Source: a virus. Taken from it: DNA of 64,000 bases. The DNA lies in the IMG/VR virus record IMGVR_UViG_3300025096_002738, positions 17,162 through 81,161 of that record; one strand, 5' to 3'. A program made the position numbers and the translations under genes. Positions 35,715-45,300 of the stretch are shown piece by piece. The stretch's first letter is position 1. Every line of letters starts with the position of its first letter. The notes beneath the pieces were generated by a model. It was not told the origin of the DNA, made no database searches, and saw nothing but the letters and a program-made list of their open reading frames with translations.

Positions 35715-36595
35715 AAAGAGTAGTGGTATTTGGCGGCGCCGGCTTTATTGGCTCCTATATGGTCGATCACCTGCTGAGTCATGGCTGTGAAGTTACATCA
35801 TTCGATTTACGCCCCCACCCGAGTTTGTCGGATAAATATAATATCGTGGGCGATGTATTGGATGCGGAACTGGTTTCGTCTGCTGTAGAAGGCGCCGATA
35901 TAGTCTTCAACTACGCCGCCATCGCTGATATCGAAGAATGCAACGAAAATCCATTTCGGGCCGTCCAAATAAATATTTTGGGGAATACAACCGTTCTTGA
36001 TGCATGTGTATCTCATGGAGTCCGTCGATATATGTTTGCAAGCTCGGTGTATACTGAGTCATCGCTTGGAGGAGTCTATAGCACCAGCAAGCGTGCCTGT
36101 GAATCGCTGATCAAAGATTACAGCAAGTACCATGGGCTTGATTACACAATACTCCGCTATGGTACTGTATATGGCCCCGGCAGCGATGAAAACAACAGCG
36201 TTTATCGATTTGTCAATGAAGCTCTTGCTGACAAGAAAATCAGATACCAAGGCACAGGTGAAGAGCGCCGCGAGTATATTCACGCATTAGACGCCGCAGC
36301 CTTATCTTTTTCTGCGCTTGAAAAGAGGTATTTAAATACCACTACCACACTTACTGGACATAAATCCTTAAAAGTTAAGGATTTGTTTGCTATAATAAAA
36401 GAAATACTAAATGATGAAGAGATAGAGTTTGAGTTTGTTTCGGAACGAAACAAGAAGTTACTTAAGTCTCACTATAAAACAACCCCCTATTCATATAGCC
36501 GCGACCTGCCGACGAAATTAGTTGGCACCCAATACATCGACATCGGCGCCGGACTATTACAGTGTATACGAGAGCAAGATGAACAAAATAGATGA
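35711..36595 (+). CDS. NAD-dependent epimerase/dehydratase
   Basis: GGAGFIG, ASS, YSTSK, LRYGTVYGP. Confidence 0.9.
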   Translation: MKRVVVFGGAGFIGSYMVDHLLSHGCEVTSFDLRPHPSLSDKYNIVGDVLDAELVSSAVEGADIVFNYAAIADIEECNENPFRAVQINILGNTTVLDACVSHGVRRYMFASSVYTESSLGGVYSTSKRACESLIKDYSKYHGLDYTILRYGTVYGPGSDENNSVYRFVNEALADKKIRYQGTGEERREYIHALDAAALSFSALEKRYLNTTTTLTGHKSLKVKDLFAIIKEILNDEEIEFEFVSERNKKLLKSHYKTTPYSYSRDLPTKLVGTQYIDIGAGLLQCIREQDEQNR

Positions 36596-37529
36596 CATAT
36601 TAAAGCACACCGCTGTTCAATATGCCAAGGTTGTCAAGCAATCAGCTTGGCGCGATCTTGAGGTAGCCTTTCGGGAAAACAAAGTTGTACTCATTTGTAC
36701 GCATGGCGGCAATATTGCTGTCGCTCGTCATGTGGCGTCTGATCTGTCGCGACATTTGAATTGGCAAAAGAACATTGAAGTACCTGATAGCGATACGGTA
36801 GCCATCTGGCACGGCGATTTTAATTATGAAACATGGCTTGTAGACTGGATTAGAACAAAGACCAGTGGCCACAGGGTTTCAGATGTTCTGGTGATAGGAG
36901 TGTCGTCTTCCGGTGCCTCTCCTGACGTGGACTATGCCGTTGAATATGCGCTAGGTTGCGGATTCAGAACGGCATACATCTCAGCACAGCCCGTGCGCAC
37001 CCCAGGCAACACAATCAATATTACGACCGGCGTGAGGCATTACTATGCTTCAGAGGTTATGTTAATGTCGCTTGGTCAGCGCCTCTTAAATAGTTGTGGC
37101 AAAGGCGTTCAGCCGCTTAAAACCCTTTCTCCTGGCGCTCCCATCACGATTCGGGATAACAGTGACCCGGATGAGTTGGTGAACATCGGCATTGACTTTG
37201 ATGGCGTCATGCATCTCAACTCTAAGGGCTTCTATGATGGTACTATATACGACATTCCCGTTCCAGGTACCAGAGACGCGCTAAAAGCGCTTTCTGAGAA
37301 GTATAATATCATTATTTATACCTGTAAGGCTAAGCCTGACCGCGAGCTTGTCCATGGCCAAACTGGCACCGAGCTAGTCTGGCGTTGGCTAGAAGAACAC
37401 AATATGGCACAATACGTTTCAGGGGTTACTTCCGATAAGCCCCGCGCAGTGTTTTATATTGACGATAAGGCAATCCGCTTTGACAATTGGGAAAAAACCT
37501 TTAATGAGATAGGTGAATATTATGGCTAA
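36579..37529 (+). CDS. SIS (phosphosugar isomerase, GmhA-like) domain fused to a HAD phosphatase
   Basis: HGGN.AVA.H.ASD, IGVSSSG.S; then IDFDGV..YT..YIDDKA. Confidence 0.75.
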   Translation: MNKIDDILKHTAVQYAKVVKQSAWRDLEVAFRENKVVLICTHGGNIAVARHVASDLSRHLNWQKNIEVPDSDTVAIWHGDFNYETWLVDWIRTKTSGHRVSDVLVIGVSSSGASPDVDYAVEYALGCGFRTAYISAQPVRTPGNTINITTGVRHYYASEVMLMSLGQRLLNSCGKGVQPLKTLSPGAPITIRDNSDPDELVNIGIDFDGVMHLNSKGFYDGTIYDIPVPGTRDALKALSEKYNIIIYTCKAKPDRELVHGQTGTELVWRWLEEHNMAQYVSGVTSDKPRAVFYIDDKAIRFDNWEKTFNEIGEYYG

Positions 37530-38376
37530 GTGCTTGGTGACAGGTCACATGGGCTACATTGGTTCGCGCCTATACAAAAGACTCAAAGATGATGGCCATG
37601 AGGTCATGGGCGTCGACCGCAGGGCTGATAATCCTGACGAAAGACTCGACATTCGCCATAAGCTTTTTCACAGACACACTCCCTGGCCAAAGTTCCAGGC
37701 AGAGTATGTGTTTCATCTTGCAGCACAGCCAAGCGTTCAGTGGAGCATCGAGAATCCTTCTACTGCCCTCTCACACAACGTACACGGCTCGTCAGCCGTC
37801 TTAGACTATTCAAAGCATGTCGGGGCCAAGCGAGTTATCTTCGCAAGCTCAGCGGCCGTTTACGGAGCTTCTAGCCCCTATGGGCTCCACAAGCTGATGA
37901 CTGAGATGGAATGCAGTCTATATGCAAAGCTTTATGGTCTGGACACTGTATCGTTGCGGTACTTTAATGTTTATTCCGAGGATCAGCAATTTGGTGGCGC
38001 TTACTCTACCGTGATTGCTGCTTGGATGGAGATGATGCGCCAAAACAAGCCCTTACGGGTTGATGGCGATGGTAATCAAACAAGAGATTTCATTCACATA
38101 GATGATATAATAGATGCGAATATATTTTGCATGAACCACGAAGGCAATTTAGCCGGCCTTAGCTTTGACGTCGGCACCGGAGTGGAAACTAGTTTGAATG
38201 AGGTGCGCGATATTGTAAATCAATATTGTGAACCTGAGTGGTGTAATGCCGACTCGCGATTGGGCGACATTCATTTTTCAAGAGCCAATACCCAGGGTCT
38301 TGAAGGTTTGGGCTGGAAGTCCAAAATTGATATTGTAGACGGCTTAAAAAAATGCTTTGGAGGTAATAATGAGTAA
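37522..38376 (+). CDS. NAD-dependent epimerase/dehydratase
   Basis: TGHMGYIG, HLAA, ASSAAVYG, PYGLHK, LRYFNVY, GNQTRDF. Confidence 0.9.
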   Translation: MAKCLVTGHMGYIGSRLYKRLKDDGHEVMGVDRRADNPDERLDIRHKLFHRHTPWPKFQAEYVFHLAAQPSVQWSIENPSTALSHNVHGSSAVLDYSKHVGAKRVIFASSAAVYGASSPYGLHKLMTEMECSLYAKLYGLDTVSLRYFNVYSEDQQFGGAYSTVIAAWMEMMRQNKPLRVDGDGNQTRDFIHIDDIIDANIFCMNHEGNLAGLSFDVGTGVETSLNEVRDIVNQYCEPEWCNADSRLGDIHFSRANTQGLEGLGWKSKIDIVDGLKKCFGGNNE

Positions 38377-38605
38377 TACTACAACAACTAACTATCCCGT
38401 GTTGAGACTATCTAATCAGGCTCTCGGCGCTGTGATGATGGCTCTTCAGGAGTCGTTGCTTAATGAGATTGATATTGTCCCTATTCTAAAGGGATTTGAG
38501 TTGGTTGACACTGCTGACGGTTTGGTGGTAAAGAATCCGCCTACGGTTCGCGTGTCTAACAACGCAGAAGTTACAGAAGAAGACCTGTCAAACATGGCAA
38601 GGTAA
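38369..38605 (+). CDS. Hypothetical protein
   Basis: GGAGGT RBS before ATG 38369. Confidence 0.7.
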   Translation: MSNTTTTNYPVLRLSNQALGAVMMALQESLLNEIDIVPILKGFELVDTADGLVVKNPPTVRVSNNAEVTEEDLSNMAR

Positions 38606-38862
38606 TGCCCCGTTATTGTTACAAATGCGAGAACTGCGCTAGCGAAGCGACCATATTTCATTTAATAGATGAAACAGTGGACGAGTGCTTGGCCTGCCGA
38701 AGTCGCGATACAATGATAAAGCAATTAACCAAGCCACTTTACAGAACTAAGACAGAAGATCGTGCCCAAGAAGTCGGCACTATCACAAAGGAATATATCG
38801 ACTTAAATAGAGAAATACTGAACGAAGAAAAGAAGAAAAGAGAAGACTATGACCCAACTTGA
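38605..38862 (+). CDS. FmdB-family zinc-ribbon protein
   Basis: MPRYCYKCENC..ECLAC. Confidence 0.8.
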   Translation: MPRYCYKCENCASEATIFHLIDETVDECLACRSRDTMIKQLTKPLYRTKTEDRAQEVGTITKEYIDLNREILNEEKKKREDYDPT

Positions 38863-39187
38863 AATAATATTACTATCCGTCGCAGTCTGCTCAATTTTGA
38901 GCACGGTATTTTTATTTATTTATGCACGCGCAATCTTAGCGAGATTGCTATTTGTATCTGATGAACTAGGGGATTTGCAAGACATGATCAATAGTTTTGC
39001 CAAGCACCTACAATCAGTTTACGAATTAGAAACATTTTATGGCGACCAAACTCTCCAAGGGCTACTGGAACATGCAGTAGCCTTTAATGAGCAACTTGAA
39101 ACGTTTGAATGGATCTACCACATAACCACAGAGGAAGCTGAAGATGACGACGACAACAGAAGCGAAGCCGAAAACGCGCCGTCGTAG
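38849..39187 (+). CDS. Membrane-anchored hypothetical protein
   Basis: N-terminal transmembrane helix followed by a coiled segment. Confidence 0.65.
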   Translation: MTQLEIILLSVAVCSILSTVFLFIYARAILARLLFVSDELGDLQDMINSFAKHLQSVYELETFYGDQTLQGLLEHAVAFNEQLETFEWIYHITTEEAEDDDDNRSEAENAPS

Positions 39188-39863
39188 AACACGTCGTAAA
39201 AACCATTATTTTACACAAGAACATGAAGACGCTATAGTACGTTACGCACAATCAACATGCAATAGAGAAAGAACAGATTTATATGTGCAGCTTATTGGTC
39301 CAGCCTTCAACGAGATGGTTGATAAGATTGTTTATACTTATAAGTTTACAAGTTTGCCAAATTGTGATTATTTGCGAGATGAATGTAAGGTATGGCTAAT
39401 GACCATACTCGATAAATATGATCCCAACAAGGGCTCTAAGGCATTCTCGTATTTTTCAGTCATCACAAAGAACTGGTTTATCCACAAGGTCAAGCGCCAA
39501 CAAAAGCAAACTCGCCGCGAAGTTGATTATGATAATATATCAAAGGCTCACGAAGAAGAGTTCCTGTCTACTAATCAGTCTTACCTTTCCGAACGTTTAG
39601 AGAAAGAGTTCTGGACATCATTTTATAATGAGCTTGCGTCATGGGATGTGGCCCAAATGAAGGAGAACGATCTGAAGGTATATCAAGCCATTATTGTTCT
39701 TTTTGAATCAAGAGAAGATATCGAGATTTTTAATAAGAAGGCTATTTATTTGTATCTGAGAGAGATATCTGGACTAAACACAAAACAGATTGTAAACTCT
39801 CTTAAGAAATTCCGTAAGAGATACGGAACGTTTAGAGACGATTGGGATTCAGGTAAAAAATGA
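39144..39863 (+). CDS. Phage sigma factor (T4 gp55-like late sigma)
   Basis: NHYFT..EDAIV.Y and KYDPNKGSKAFSYFSVITKNWF resemble sigma region 2 of gp55-like factors; lies directly upstream of the structural module. Confidence 0.7.
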   Translation: MTTTTEAKPKTRRRRTRRKNHYFTQEHEDAIVRYAQSTCNRERTDLYVQLIGPAFNEMVDKIVYTYKFTSLPNCDYLRDECKVWLMTILDKYDPNKGSKAFSYFSVITKNWFIHKVKRQQKQTRREVDYDNISKAHEEEFLSTNQSYLSERLEKEFWTSFYNELASWDVAQMKENDLKVYQAIIVLFESREDIEIFNKKAIYLYLREISGLNTKQIVNSLKKFRKRYGTFRDDWDSGKK

Positions 39864-40171
39864 GCAAGAAAGATTTGGAATCGCTATATGATGAGGCACT
39901 CGACAACGTGCGCGAAGATCGCAAGTTGGCCCGCGAGTTCCTAAATGAAGTAGCAAACCAGATCGTTAAAGATGCTTCACAAAACAAATACCTAAGCCCC
40001 GTGGCCGCAAAACACGTAGAATCTTTACAGAGGTCAAATGAACAGCTTGTAAAGATTATTACATTGCGACAAAAGGCCGCCGGCCCCTCCTTGGACTTGA
40101 CCGAAGCGGACAAGGACAGTCTCTTTGATATGATACAGGGAGGCCCGCCACATGACCACGAAGAGCACTAA
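39860..40171 (+). CDS. Hypothetical helical protein
   Basis: 103 aa, overlapping junctions on both sides. Confidence 0.7.
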   Translation: MSKKDLESLYDEALDNVREDRKLAREFLNEVANQIVKDASQNKYLSPVAAKHVESLQRSNEQLVKIITLRQKAAGPSLDLTEADKDSLFDMIQGGPPHDHEEH

Positions 40172-41300
40172 TTTTGGAGATTTCACTGAAGCCGGCCAAG
40201 CCCTAGACCTCTATGGAAATGCTATTCGTCAGTCGATCGCGACCGACGTATACAAGAATACATATACATTTTCGGTCGTTGTACTGACCAAGCCGCTTCC
40301 TATGAGCCAGGATGGAATTTCAGTAAGCGGCTTTAAATTTAAAGGCCGGATCCTTGACCCAGAAACAATGCGGGATCAAGACGGTTCTTCGGTGATCAAA
40401 GGGCCTCCTTCACCGCACAGGCTTCTCCCCGACCCGTGTAAACTTAGTACAGCGGCCAGTGCCGCCCAGGCGATTAAAATTATTGCGCTACACACAGAGT
40501 TCGCAGGTCCTGCTGAAGGCCAAATACCCAACCCAGGCGATGAAGTCATTGTCCAGCTACAGCCTGGAGATTATTCTTATAATGTTGCCCGCGCAACTTT
40601 TACTAAATTGACTGTCAAAAATGCCAATAGAAACCTAAACGCAGCCTCTGGGTGCTCTGCTGGGGAACTAGGAGACCTTTTTGAAGATGGTGCCGGCTCC
40701 TTGCTCGATCCCAACGATTTTAGTCCTCGCCAATATCGCTATCTTGGCAACGCGGCTGGTCTTAACAACACGATCGTTGAAAACGGCAAGCTTCCACCGG
40801 ATTTACTTGGAACACTAAATACAGATTATAGCGCTTATGCCGCTAAGATGCTAAAGGATACGCTCCCGAAATGGGATGCTCTTGCCGCGGCCTATCATAA
40901 ACAATTTAAAGGGGAGAAATTCCCCGCGACACCCGGCGGCGGCTACCGTACTTTTGAAAAACAACTCGACGCTCGTCAAAGGTACGGAAAAAAAGCAGCC
41001 AAACCCGGCACATCAAACCACGGACTCGGCACAGCATTGGATATCTCCAGTAATATAGTGCAATTTGGCAATGACAGGTATCAATGGCTTTTTGAGAATG
41101 CCCCCAAAACAGAATATCAAATAATTCACCCGTGCTGGGCTCGACAGAAGCGGGATACAAGTACAATTGCCGCTTCACGCTGCAACGGTTGCCCACCGGC
41201 TACGTCGACAACGCGCGATAAATGCGGTACAAATGTAGAAGTATGGCACTGGGAAATTACCCACTCACAGATCAAGGCCCTGCTAGCACGTATTTATTAA
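40152..41300 (+). CDS. Tail/baseplate-associated M15B (VanY-like) peptidoglycan peptidase
   Basis: GYRT..KQ, AAKPGTSNHGLGTALD (S.H..G.A.D), EVWHWE; N-terminal region with PNPGDEV.V resembles a gp5 OB-fold linker. Confidence 0.8.
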   Translation: MTTKSTNFGDFTEAGQALDLYGNAIRQSIATDVYKNTYTFSVVVLTKPLPMSQDGISVSGFKFKGRILDPETMRDQDGSSVIKGPPSPHRLLPDPCKLSTAASAAQAIKIIALHTEFAGPAEGQIPNPGDEVIVQLQPGDYSYNVARATFTKLTVKNANRNLNAASGCSAGELGDLFEDGAGSLLDPNDFSPRQYRYLGNAAGLNNTIVENGKLPPDLLGTLNTDYSAYAAKMLKDTLPKWDALAAAYHKQFKGEKFPATPGGGYRTFEKQLDARQRYGKKAAKPGTSNHGLGTALDISSNIVQFGNDRYQWLFENAPKTEYQIIHPCWARQKRDTSTIAASRCNGCPPATSTTRDKCGTNVEVWHWEITHSQIKALLARIY

Positions 41301-41324
41301 TGACAAATCATAAGTGATAATAAA

Positions 41325-42296
41325 ATGGCAACTATTAAAATATTTGATATTGATCAACTAACAGAAGATCAAAAACAACAGTATGGTGCCTTTAAGGCTT
41401 CGAGCATCGTTAGTGATGCGATGGGAATTTTTAACACCCGCGTATATGAACCTACATACAACTATCTTCGAGCACAAAATGAGCAGTTGTTAGGAGACGC
41501 AACAGTTGACGCAAACATCGTCATTGGTACCGATCGCCCTTCCCAGATCTCAGGACCCGGTTATGGAGCTTACGGCGCCCAAAAGGCAAACACGATTGAT
41601 ATCGTCGTGGGAAGAATGGCCGCCGCCCGTTCAGGCAAAGGCCCAGACAACGGAACGTTTGTCAATCCTTCATTTGCCGCCGACGCTGCCCGCATTTATA
41701 TTAGCCAGATGACCGACATAGATACCAACTTTGGCATTGCGAATGGCCGCACTGGAAATATAACAGGGCGTTCTGCGATTGGCATGAAGGCTGACGCAGT
41801 TAGAATCGTTGGGCGTGAAGGTGTCAAGATAATCACCGGCGCTTCATTCGAGTTTGAAAATGCAGGTAACGGCAATGGTGAGACAAACTCCAAAGGCGGC
41901 GATCTCATGCCGGCACCGTTCATCGAGCTTATTGCAGGCAACATTACATCGGAAAACGAATCAAACAATGGGCAGAAATATATCCAAGGAGTCGGCAGGG
42001 GCGAGAACATTGTTGACTGCTTGGAGGATCTCACCGACTTGATGAATGACTTTTTGGGAGCTATGATTAACTTCTGCTATCTTCAGATCGTATTCAATAC
42101 TGCTGTGCAGGTTAACGTCTTTCCCTTCCACAGTTTCCACTCTGCCACTGGTACAACTATTAATCAGCAACTATTGACGTCAGTGTTTAACGCCCTACAT
42201 CACATAAGGACTCAATTAAACTCAACTTTCCCGACAGACTATTTAAAGGTTAGCGGCAACAAGTACATTGCCAGCAAGACCGTTTTTGCTACATAG
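41325..42296 (+). CDS. Putative baseplate hub/spike protein
   Basis: Beta-rich IDIVVGR, AARIYISQ.TDID and IGMKADAVRIVGREGVKI; lies between the lysin and wedge genes. Confidence 0.5.
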   Translation: MATIKIFDIDQLTEDQKQQYGAFKASSIVSDAMGIFNTRVYEPTYNYLRAQNEQLLGDATVDANIVIGTDRPSQISGPGYGAYGAQKANTIDIVVGRMAAARSGKGPDNGTFVNPSFAADAARIYISQMTDIDTNFGIANGRTGNITGRSAIGMKADAVRIVGREGVKIITGASFEFENAGNGNGETNSKGGDLMPAPFIELIAGNITSENESNNGQKYIQGVGRGENIVDCLEDLTDLMNDFLGAMINFCYLQIVFNTAVQVNVFPFHSFHSATGTTINQQLLTSVFNALHHIRTQLNSTFPTDYLKVSGNKYIASKTVFAT

Positions 42297-42305
42297 GAAT
42301 TTCTC

Positions 42306-45300
42306 ATGGCTGAAGAAGATTCAAAATTTCTAAAATTTCAAGATAAAGACGGCAACTTACTTATTGATAGTTGTCCTGACGTTGAATTCGTCCCAGCACC
42401 CCTTGATTGCCCCGATTGTAAGCCAGATCCTAAATATATCGCCCCCAATTGGAAGTCACAAACAATCGATGAACCGTGGCTCAATCAAAAAGAATGCAGG
42501 TATTATATTACAGTCACGACTCCTGAGACGTCGTTGTTGCCGGAAGGCGCGACTGTGGTATCAGATACAGAGGCGGAAGAACATCTAAAGACCATTTACA
42601 CTAAATATGTGACAGACGCTGCTCTGGGATTGCTCGTAGCGTACAACAAGAAGACAGACGATAGTACAATAGATCTGATCATTCCAGCAATGAAGGCTGA
42701 AAAATCCTCCTTGGATTCTCGCAAGTTCTCCCGCCTAAAGTTGTTATACTCTATTGCCTATGAGGACTTCGCAGGACTAGAAGAGCAAGAAGGGGACGCT
42801 GACGGCGAAGACGATTCTAATGCAAACGGCGTTACAGTAGTTTACGATGCAAACGAGATCTACCATAAGTTAAGAACATTTCAAAAGACAATGAAGCTAT
42901 ACGCTGGCTTCTATTATGGCCGCCGCCTAATCGACAAAGGCTCATTGATCTTCCAGCACCCCGATGGTGTCGAAACCCTCTATACTAATGAACAACTCGA
43001 TAGATATGGAACCGGGGTATTTGGCGAAGACTATATGATGTCAGCCCTTACGTCGCTCGATGACTTTTTGAACAATAGAGGGTTCAATATTTTTACCGGT
43101 TTTGAAATAGCCGACTGGTTTAGCAACAAGAACATAGTAGGACGCGTAGAGCTATTCTATAACAATGAGTATTTTCTTGAGAAGCTAAAAGTAACTGCGG
43201 GCTGCGGAGAGGCTGAGTGGACAGGAAGGAAGCTTCAAGCATTGACCCGAAAAGAGATCTATAAAGATCCAACTGCGATGGCTTACTTTGCTCAACTGAA
43301 CGAGATGGACAGAGCGATCAAATCCCGCGAAACACCTGCTTGGATAGAGTTCCTTACTACCTATACATATCCGCCTGTAAAAGAAACATTTGACTGGCCT
43401 TACGCCGATGCCGGCCCATCAGAGGGCGGCTGCATTGTTGGCGCCTTAGAACGAGAAGCCAAACAACTAGGCGTCGATATTTTAAATGATACCATGAGCA
43501 TCGGAAAAGCCGCGGCCTATGCATATGTAAAGAACGTTTGTATGTCTTCATCGGCCGAAGATCGTATTGGTGCCCCCGTGGAGCAGATGAGGGAGCTTGG
43601 TCTTTTGTACACCCCGACAGAGAGTGCGTCGGGAGAGATGGCGAAAAAGAACATACTGGCGTATTCTACAGAGCAAGCCTTTAAGGAACTGGAGAGTAGC
43701 TCCCAGCCATTTATTAACATCTGTGCTAAGATGGGAACAGTGGTGCCGGGAACCGACAAGAAGATGTTGGATGATATGTGGTCAGGCGCTTTTGATCAGG
43801 CTAAATTGGCTGGTCTCAAGAGCTTCTTGCTAGAAGGCGTTACTTGTCTTATGGGAAGTGTGACATTCGAGGAATTCCTTGCGACGTCATTGCAGTCTGC
43901 GCTTGAGTCAATGACACTAGAAAATTTTGGAGAGCTATTCGGTGGCTTGCCGCCGGAAAGACAGCAAGCTATACAAGACAAGCTTAATGCTCGATGGGAA
44001 AGCGGAGAACTGCTCGAAGAAAATAGCAATAGTCAATACTTGTCTGACGTAATTCAAGACATGCCTAATGGCGTCCCATCACCTTGGACAGATCCGAATA
44101 TGGTCGCCCTCCAGAACGCCCATGTCACCGAAGACCCGGCTACAAATGCTCCTATTGTTCCGACAACAATCTCTGGAAATGCATTAGAACCAAACCGCAG
44201 AACTTTGGCAACGCGACTTGATACTGCTTCGCAGACCTATTCTTCAGTCCCCGGCATTATGGAACTGTGGGCTAGCCAGATGATACAGGAATATCAGGAG
44301 GATCTGCTAGAACTACTTGAACCAATTGGAAAGTTTCCTGGCGCCCAGGTTATTACACATACGCTATTAGAGTTAGACTGCCCGTTGCCGCCTTTGATGA
44401 CGCCGACGTTCATGGCGAAGATGTCCAGCCTACGCCCGGACCTTCCACAGTTTAAGACAAAAGACGACGTTAAAATTCCAAAAACAGAATATCCCGCAGG
44501 CTGGGTTCCTAAGTATAAAGATTGGACTGCTTTTATTTACGAGGCAGCCAAGTTGGTAATCCAGCAAGTTCTAATACAGACAATAACAAGGCTTATCAAA
44601 AAGGTGTGCCAGCTTCTTGGTGATGCAATTTGCGCAGCCATTGAGACTGCTGGAAAGCTTGCCGCGGCAGCCATTACTGATGGTTCAAGCGCAGAGTTTG
44701 GGAACATTATCCGTGACAGCATTTGCGGCCCAGATGCCGATCAGGCAACTGTCGATAAGACAATCCAAGAGATGTTCGAAAAGCTCGGTGTTGGTGGCGC
44801 TGCATTGGCAGATCCTATAGCGGTCCAGAACTTCGTATCTGATGTTTCTTCAGCAGCTAGCCGTAAAGAACTACTCAATGCATTTGACGGCGAAATGTCT
44901 GCTGAGTTGGCTGAGATCATAGACAACTTGATCGAATATGAATACCCGCAGTTCCGTCAGGGGCTATCAAATCGCGGCGCCATAGCAGGATTCTTTAAGA
45001 ATATCGGTAACATAATGCCCATTGATGTTCGTGCTGCAATGAAAGACTTTGTTAACTCACTTCCAGAGCAAGACATCTTGCCGGCCAACCCTTCTCTTTG
45101 TGCCACGCCTGAAGACCTTGAAGACTACTGTAACTTGAGAGCCGCGCTCTTAACAGGTCGCTCAACCCCAGCACAATCGCAGGAAATGTGTCAGGCAGAT
45201 AAGGACGAGCGCCTTGCCGACTTGGCAGACTTGGCTAACGCCCTCAATGGGCTGCCTGTAGACCTTCCTCCCATGCTTTCGGACCCTGGGTGTGAGAACG

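Noticed and set aside
20600-38376. Bacterial chromosome capsule/LPS locus or chimeric contig
   Set aside because: No flippase, polymerase or export genes; the island is seamlessly coupled to phage genes on both sides and contains a phage-type small ORF.
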